Assembly (NCBI GenBank): GCA_011620275.1
Contig: WOZK01000030.1
Coordinates: 6,242-70,241 of the forward strand
Reading direction: 5' to 3'
DNA from: Candidatus Omnitrophota bacterium
GTDB taxonomy: Bacteria > Omnitrophota > Gorgyraeia > Gygaellales > Profunditerraquicolaceae
Length of the DNA stretch: 64,000 nt
Each line of letters opens with the position of its first letter. The first letter of the stretch is position 1. A program made the translations under genes and the position numbers. Under the pieces are notes generated by a model that was not told the origin of the DNA, did no database searches, and was given only the letters and a program-made list of their open reading frames with translations. Below are positions 60,307 through 64,000 of the stretch, one piece after another.

Positions 60307-60423
60307 TCTTGCTCCCTAATGCCGGTTCAACATCTCCTGTTTTCCACGGCTGTTCTTTCTATTATACTGCCGGGAAGGATAATTTTCACAAAAAATTTAT
60401 GGAACGCGGATTTATTTCCGGCG

Positions 60424-61131
60424 CTAAAACCGGCGGCGGCTCCTGCTCTCTATTATCGGCAGTACCGCGGATATCCCGCCGACTATCATATCTGCCTTAC
60501 TCAGATATTCGGCAGGCAGGCTGGTGGAAACCGCCACGCAAAAGATTCCGGCGCCGGAAGCTGAGGCGATACCCAGAGGCGCGTTCTCCACCACCAGGCA
60601 TTCCGCCGCTTTGAGACCGAGCAGACGTAAAGCCATTTTATAAGGTTCCGGATGCGGCTTGCCGCGCCTTACTTTATCCCCGGTGACCATAACGTCGAAA
60701 AGCCTGCCGATCCCAGCCGGCAGCATGCGCTTTATCTCAATGCCCGGTGTGCCGCTGACCAGAGCCAGTTTGTAACCGCGCATTTTGAGCTCCCGCAATA
60801 TCCGGAAAGCCCCGGGAAAGAATCTCATCCCCTTAGAATATCTACCGAAAATACGCCTGCGCCGGCGGAAAATACGCTCCAGTAGCTCTCTTGACGGCTT
60901 TATATTATTCTGCGCCAGGAAATCACGCGCGGATTTTTCCCAGCGCTCCCCTTCTCTACAATAGACGTCCAGACAACCGGCTCTCACTCCATAAGGGCGC
61001 AATGTTTCAAACCAGGCTATGAAATGATACGGCATCGAATCCACGATCACCCCGTCGAAGTCGAAAATCACCGCTTTCAAAGGGATGCCCGCGGAACGGG
61101 ACATGTTCTTGAATACGATTTTTTTACTCAT
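60424..61131 (-). CDS. HAD-superfamily hydrolase (beta-phosphoglucomutase-like)
   Basis: DFDGVIVDS motif I, SGT motif II, K...GDxxxD motif. Confidence 0.75.
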   Translation of the reverse strand: MSKKIVFKNMSRSAGIPLKAVIFDFDGVIVDSMPYHFIAWFETLRPYGVRAGCLDVYCREGERWEKSARDFLAQNNIKPSRELLERIFRRRRRIFGRYSKGMRFFPGAFRILRELKMRGYKLALVSGTPGIEIKRMLPAGIGRLFDVMVTGDKVRRGKPHPEPYKMALRLLGLKAAECLVVENAPLGIASASGAGIFCVAVSTSLPAEYLSKADMIVGGISAVLPIIESRSRRRF

Positions 61132-61197
61132 AGGAATATCCGGGGCGGGAGCATAAACGCCGGGCTTTCCCGGCAGGCTGTAGAAGGTTGTTCCGGT

Positions 61198-63042
61198 TTA
61201 TGCGCGGCCGGAGCCGGCTATCATCTCTTTTATTACCGTGTTGAATTCATGTTTAAACAATTCTTCCAGCGGCAGGGGCATTTTCAAAGACCAGTTCTGC
61301 GGACCGACGGTACCGGGGGTATTCAAACGGTAATCATACGGATCTCCCCTCAATATCCCGGCCGGATAAAACCAGTCCAGAAGGGTCTGCACGCAGAAAA
61401 CCGCCCGGGAACGCAGATTCAACGCCAGAGCCTTTCTGCCGAGTCCGGGATCGGCTTTTTCAGCGGGAACGCCGTTCAAGCCGAGCTGCGCCCAGAATTT
61501 ATCTTTTTCTCCGTAAGTATCGGCGTGCATCTTCAATATGTCTCCGACTTCATTCATACGCCTTCCCAGAACGGAAGCAAGCGCGCCCGGATCACTCATG
61601 CCCTGAAGCCAGCGCAGCCTGCCATGCCTCGCGAGAGCCGGATCGAAAAGCAGTCCTTTTATATAACCGTAATCTATTCCTTTCTCGTAGCACTTACGCA
61701 TAAAAAGCCCCTCGTCAACCGTTCCCGCCTCGTTCTCCCACCAGGCGGCGAAGTTGGTGGTATCGTGGGTGGAAAGCATGGAAACCGCGAGGAAACGCTG
61801 CTTTTCAGGCGGAAGGAAATCGTGGAGCACGTCCCAGTCCTTGACCCAGCGCTGCACGTCGTTCCCCGGGATACCGTAATTTTGCAGCGTCTCGGTACAT
61901 ACACGGGGTATCACGCCCAGGTCTTCCGCGCACAACAGCATGTCCGTGTTCTCCAGCATGACGGAGAGGATCTTTCTGCCGTGTTCTCCCCAGGAATTCT
62001 CGTCGCAGGGGTCGAAACTGCCGTGCAACCCCTGGTTTTCCAACGGGTCGCCGTAAGGAATACTCCATATCCTAAACAACCCCACCACATGGTCTACACG
62101 CAGAAGATCGTAAAAATTCTGCGCGTAACGCAGCTTTTCCTTAAGATACCTGTACCCGTCGGATTCGATCCTGTCCCAATCATAAACCGGCATGCCCCAA
62201 CGCTGCCCCTTGGAACAATACATATCCGGGGGGGCCCCGGCGGCCGAATCTAACTTAAAAAACTCCGGGTGCGCCCAAACATCGGCGCTGTCGCGCGAAA
62301 CCAGTATCGGCAGATCTCCTTTCAGCAATACGCCCTTGTCAGCGGCATACTTCTTTACCGCGGTCATCTGCTCAGAAAGACGCCATTGCAGCCATTCCTG
62401 AAACAGCGTTTCCTCTCCATGCTCCCGTTCGAAACGCGCCAGCGCCTCTTTATCGCGGCGGCGGTAAACATCCTCCCAGTCATACCAGGCTTTGCCTTGA
62501 GAATAATACTTGAGGACCTTGAAAAGCGCGAAATCTTTCAGCCAGTATGAGTTATCCTCGCGGAAAGAAGAAAAAGAAACGCCGGCAGTATCCGCCTTTC
62601 CCTTCTCCAAAAACATCTCCCAGAGAAAAGAAAGCTTATCCCACTTCAAGTTATAATCCACGCGCGGCGCTTCCGCGGGAAATTTCTTCCGCAGGGCCCG
62701 GACATACCCGGATGCGAGACGTCCGTCCCCGGAAAAAGAATAATAGAACGGCTCAAGCGCGAAAGAACTTATGGAATCATACGGACAAAAAACGGCCCCC
62801 AGTTCATTCATCGGCAAAAGTTGCAGAATGCTGTTGCCGGTAAAAGAACACCAGTCAACGAGCAGGCGCAGATCGTTTATATCGCCTGCCCCTGCGCTCT
62901 GTGAGGAATAAAGCGAGAAAAGCGGGGCGAGCACTCCCGCCCTGCGCTTCACGCCTATCACGCTCCATTTGGCTCCGGATGCCGAAGCAACCAACGCCTT
63001 TTCTTCTGACGAGAGATCCATAGAATTCATCTCCGGGGACAC
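61198..63042 (-). CDS. malQ: 4-alpha-glucanotransferase (amylomaltase, GH77)
   Basis: GH77 motifs: ...LRVDHVVGLFRIW..., ...GDLPI..., ...CAEDLG... 614 aa. Confidence 0.8.
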   Translation of the reverse strand: MSPEMNSMDLSSEEKALVASASGAKWSVIGVKRRAGVLAPLFSLYSSQSAGAGDINDLRLLVDWCSFTGNSILQLLPMNELGAVFCPYDSISSFALEPFYYSFSGDGRLASGYVRALRKKFPAEAPRVDYNLKWDKLSFLWEMFLEKGKADTAGVSFSSFREDNSYWLKDFALFKVLKYYSQGKAWYDWEDVYRRRDKEALARFEREHGEETLFQEWLQWRLSEQMTAVKKYAADKGVLLKGDLPILVSRDSADVWAHPEFFKLDSAAGAPPDMYCSKGQRWGMPVYDWDRIESDGYRYLKEKLRYAQNFYDLLRVDHVVGLFRIWSIPYGDPLENQGLHGSFDPCDENSWGEHGRKILSVMLENTDMLLCAEDLGVIPRVCTETLQNYGIPGNDVQRWVKDWDVLHDFLPPEKQRFLAVSMLSTHDTTNFAAWWENEAGTVDEGLFMRKCYEKGIDYGYIKGLLFDPALARHGRLRWLQGMSDPGALASVLGRRMNEVGDILKMHADTYGEKDKFWAQLGLNGVPAEKADPGLGRKALALNLRSRAVFCVQTLLDWFYPAGILRGDPYDYRLNTPGTVGPQNWSLKMPLPLEELFKHEFNTVIKEMIAGSGRA

Positions 63043-63262
63043 GATACCTAATTAGGCTACGGCTAAACCCGTTTCGGATTGCGGTCACGGTTAGGTCTTA
63101 AAACCGAATTAACAAAAACTCGCAGGATATTTACGCTACATATATTATCCGAGGCGCAAACGAAGGTCAATATATAATTATGATCGTATGATCGGGAATG
63201 GGAGAGATGCCGGACGAGACACGAATGTGGATTATGGACCATTGACTTTTTAACCGGGGGGC

Positions 63263-63291
63263 TTGAAATTTAGGAAGGCGTGTGGCATACT
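63263..63291 (+). promoter_or_regulatory. Candidate promoter (TTGAAA, 17-nt spacer, CATACT) for a small RNA
   Basis: TTGAAA at 63263-63268 and CATACT at 63286-63291. Confidence 0.35.
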
Positions 63292-63297
63292 TAGCGT

Positions 63298-63405
63298 AGA
63301 AGTGAAAAAACCAGTCGACATAAGGAGGTCGGCAGATAGCGAAAGCTATTGAGGTTTATCGCCTCCAAAGAAGGCCCTCGAGTCGAAGGGCCTTCTTTGT
63401 TTTAT
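63298..63405 (+). ncRNA. Candidate ~110-nt small RNA ending in a perfect 12-bp terminator
   Basis: Terminator AAAGAAGGCCCU-CGAGUCGA-AGGGCCUUCUUU followed by GUUUUAU (63367-63405). Internal GNRA-capped stem GAUAGC-GAAA-GCUAUU. A GGAGG...CCUCC pairing. No plausible ORF. Confidence 0.4.
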
Positions 63406-63613
63406 GCGGGGACCAGCTCTGAACTGCGGGACTTCATAACCCGCTGTTATTGGCCGCTGGTTCTTGAGCCGGCCGAAAAGGCTTTGAGCAACGGCTTCAG
63501 CGATAGATCAGGGAAGCGCTCGTCAGAAATCACTCTAAAAAAACTTATGCGGGAATTCACCTCTGCCGTGAGCAGTTCAAGCAGTCCACCCTGCCTTTCG
63601 ATTTTCGCACCCG

Positions 63614-64000
63614 TTATGCCGAATTCCGCTTCAAAACCTCCGGGGGGGCAAAGAAACGGACACTGACCTTTATATCGCGGAAATCCACTCCACCAATGAA
63701 ATAATTTGTAAAAGCGATCCCGGAGCCAGGCTCTCCCGCCTGCGCCTCGCAGGAACGCGCCTTCTTGAGCTCCTTCATATATTGCCGGTAAATGGCGACG
63801 GAATGCTCAAAGCCCGCTGTCCGTAGGTTCTGCCCGCCGGCGCAGTACCCGATCCCGGAAAAACCTTCCGGCGAGTTCTCTTTATGCGCTCGAGCCAAAA
63901 TCAACCCTTTATAAACACAGCTCAAAGACGCGTATTCCCTATCCTGGTTCACCCTTCTATTCAATTTCGGCAGAATGACAGTGGTAAAAAGCCCGTCGGC
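63614..64000 (-). CDS. Hypothetical protein, 5'-truncated by the window edge
   Basis: The minus frame is open from the window end to the TAA stop at 63614. The last ~128 aa are seen. No motif recognised. Confidence 0.4.
   Translation of the reverse strand, partial: ADGLFTTVILPKLNRRVNQDREYASLSCVYKGLILARAHKENSPEGFSGIGYCAGGQNLRTAGFEHSVAIYRQYMKELKKARSCEAQAGEPGSGIAFTNYFIGGVDFRDIKVSVRFFAPPEVLKRNSA

Noticed and set aside
63349-63666. 105-aa plus-strand ORF in the malQ-downstream gap
   Set aside because: It spans a perfect 12-bp terminator hairpin and overlaps the 3' end of a convergent minus-strand gene. No SD.

Overview
This 64 kb window from a ~57% GC bacterial chromosome is densely packed with housekeeping genes. 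About 62 of 64 genes sit on the minus strand, which suggests a single replichore. The content points to a Gram-negative (diderm) cell with Firmicutes-like synteny and strong AAGGAGG Shine-Dalgarno sites. Identifiable blocks, in order: (1) lipid A/Kdo genes (lpxL-like, lpxK, waaA); (2) xerC-topA-dprA; (3) aroK-aroC; (4) nrdR and dCMP deaminase; (5) glyA-rpiB-(tsaC/ywlE fusion); (6) a near-complete purine operon (purE, purD, purM, purF, purQ, purS-purS-purL fusion, purB) interrupted by SPFH and LOG genes; (7) a divergent cspA; (8) tRNA-Phe; (9) a pyrG-carA-carB(N-half) operon; (10) cutA-ccdA-tlpA; (11) ttcA, cstA and malQ. No single large undescribed multi-gene system (defence island, CRISPR, prophage) is evident. 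The unusual features are smaller. A ~26-nt conserved intergenic element is repeated at least 5 times and is coupled to terminator hairpins, with two copies also carrying a Shine-Dalgarno site. A 129-bp palindromic MITE-like element abuts a low-GC hypothetical gene. tRNA-Phe is followed by two tandem partial tRNA copies that encode CCA. Two candidate small RNAs have their own promoter and terminator. A terminator hairpin lies in the pyrG leader. Several proteins show unusual domain fusions: cNMP-binding/ParA-like/patatin, Macro-Nudix, TsaC-LMW-PTP, PurS-PurS-PurL, and LpxL-ELM1-like. All product calls rest on motif recognition by eye from the six-frame translations. No database searches were run.
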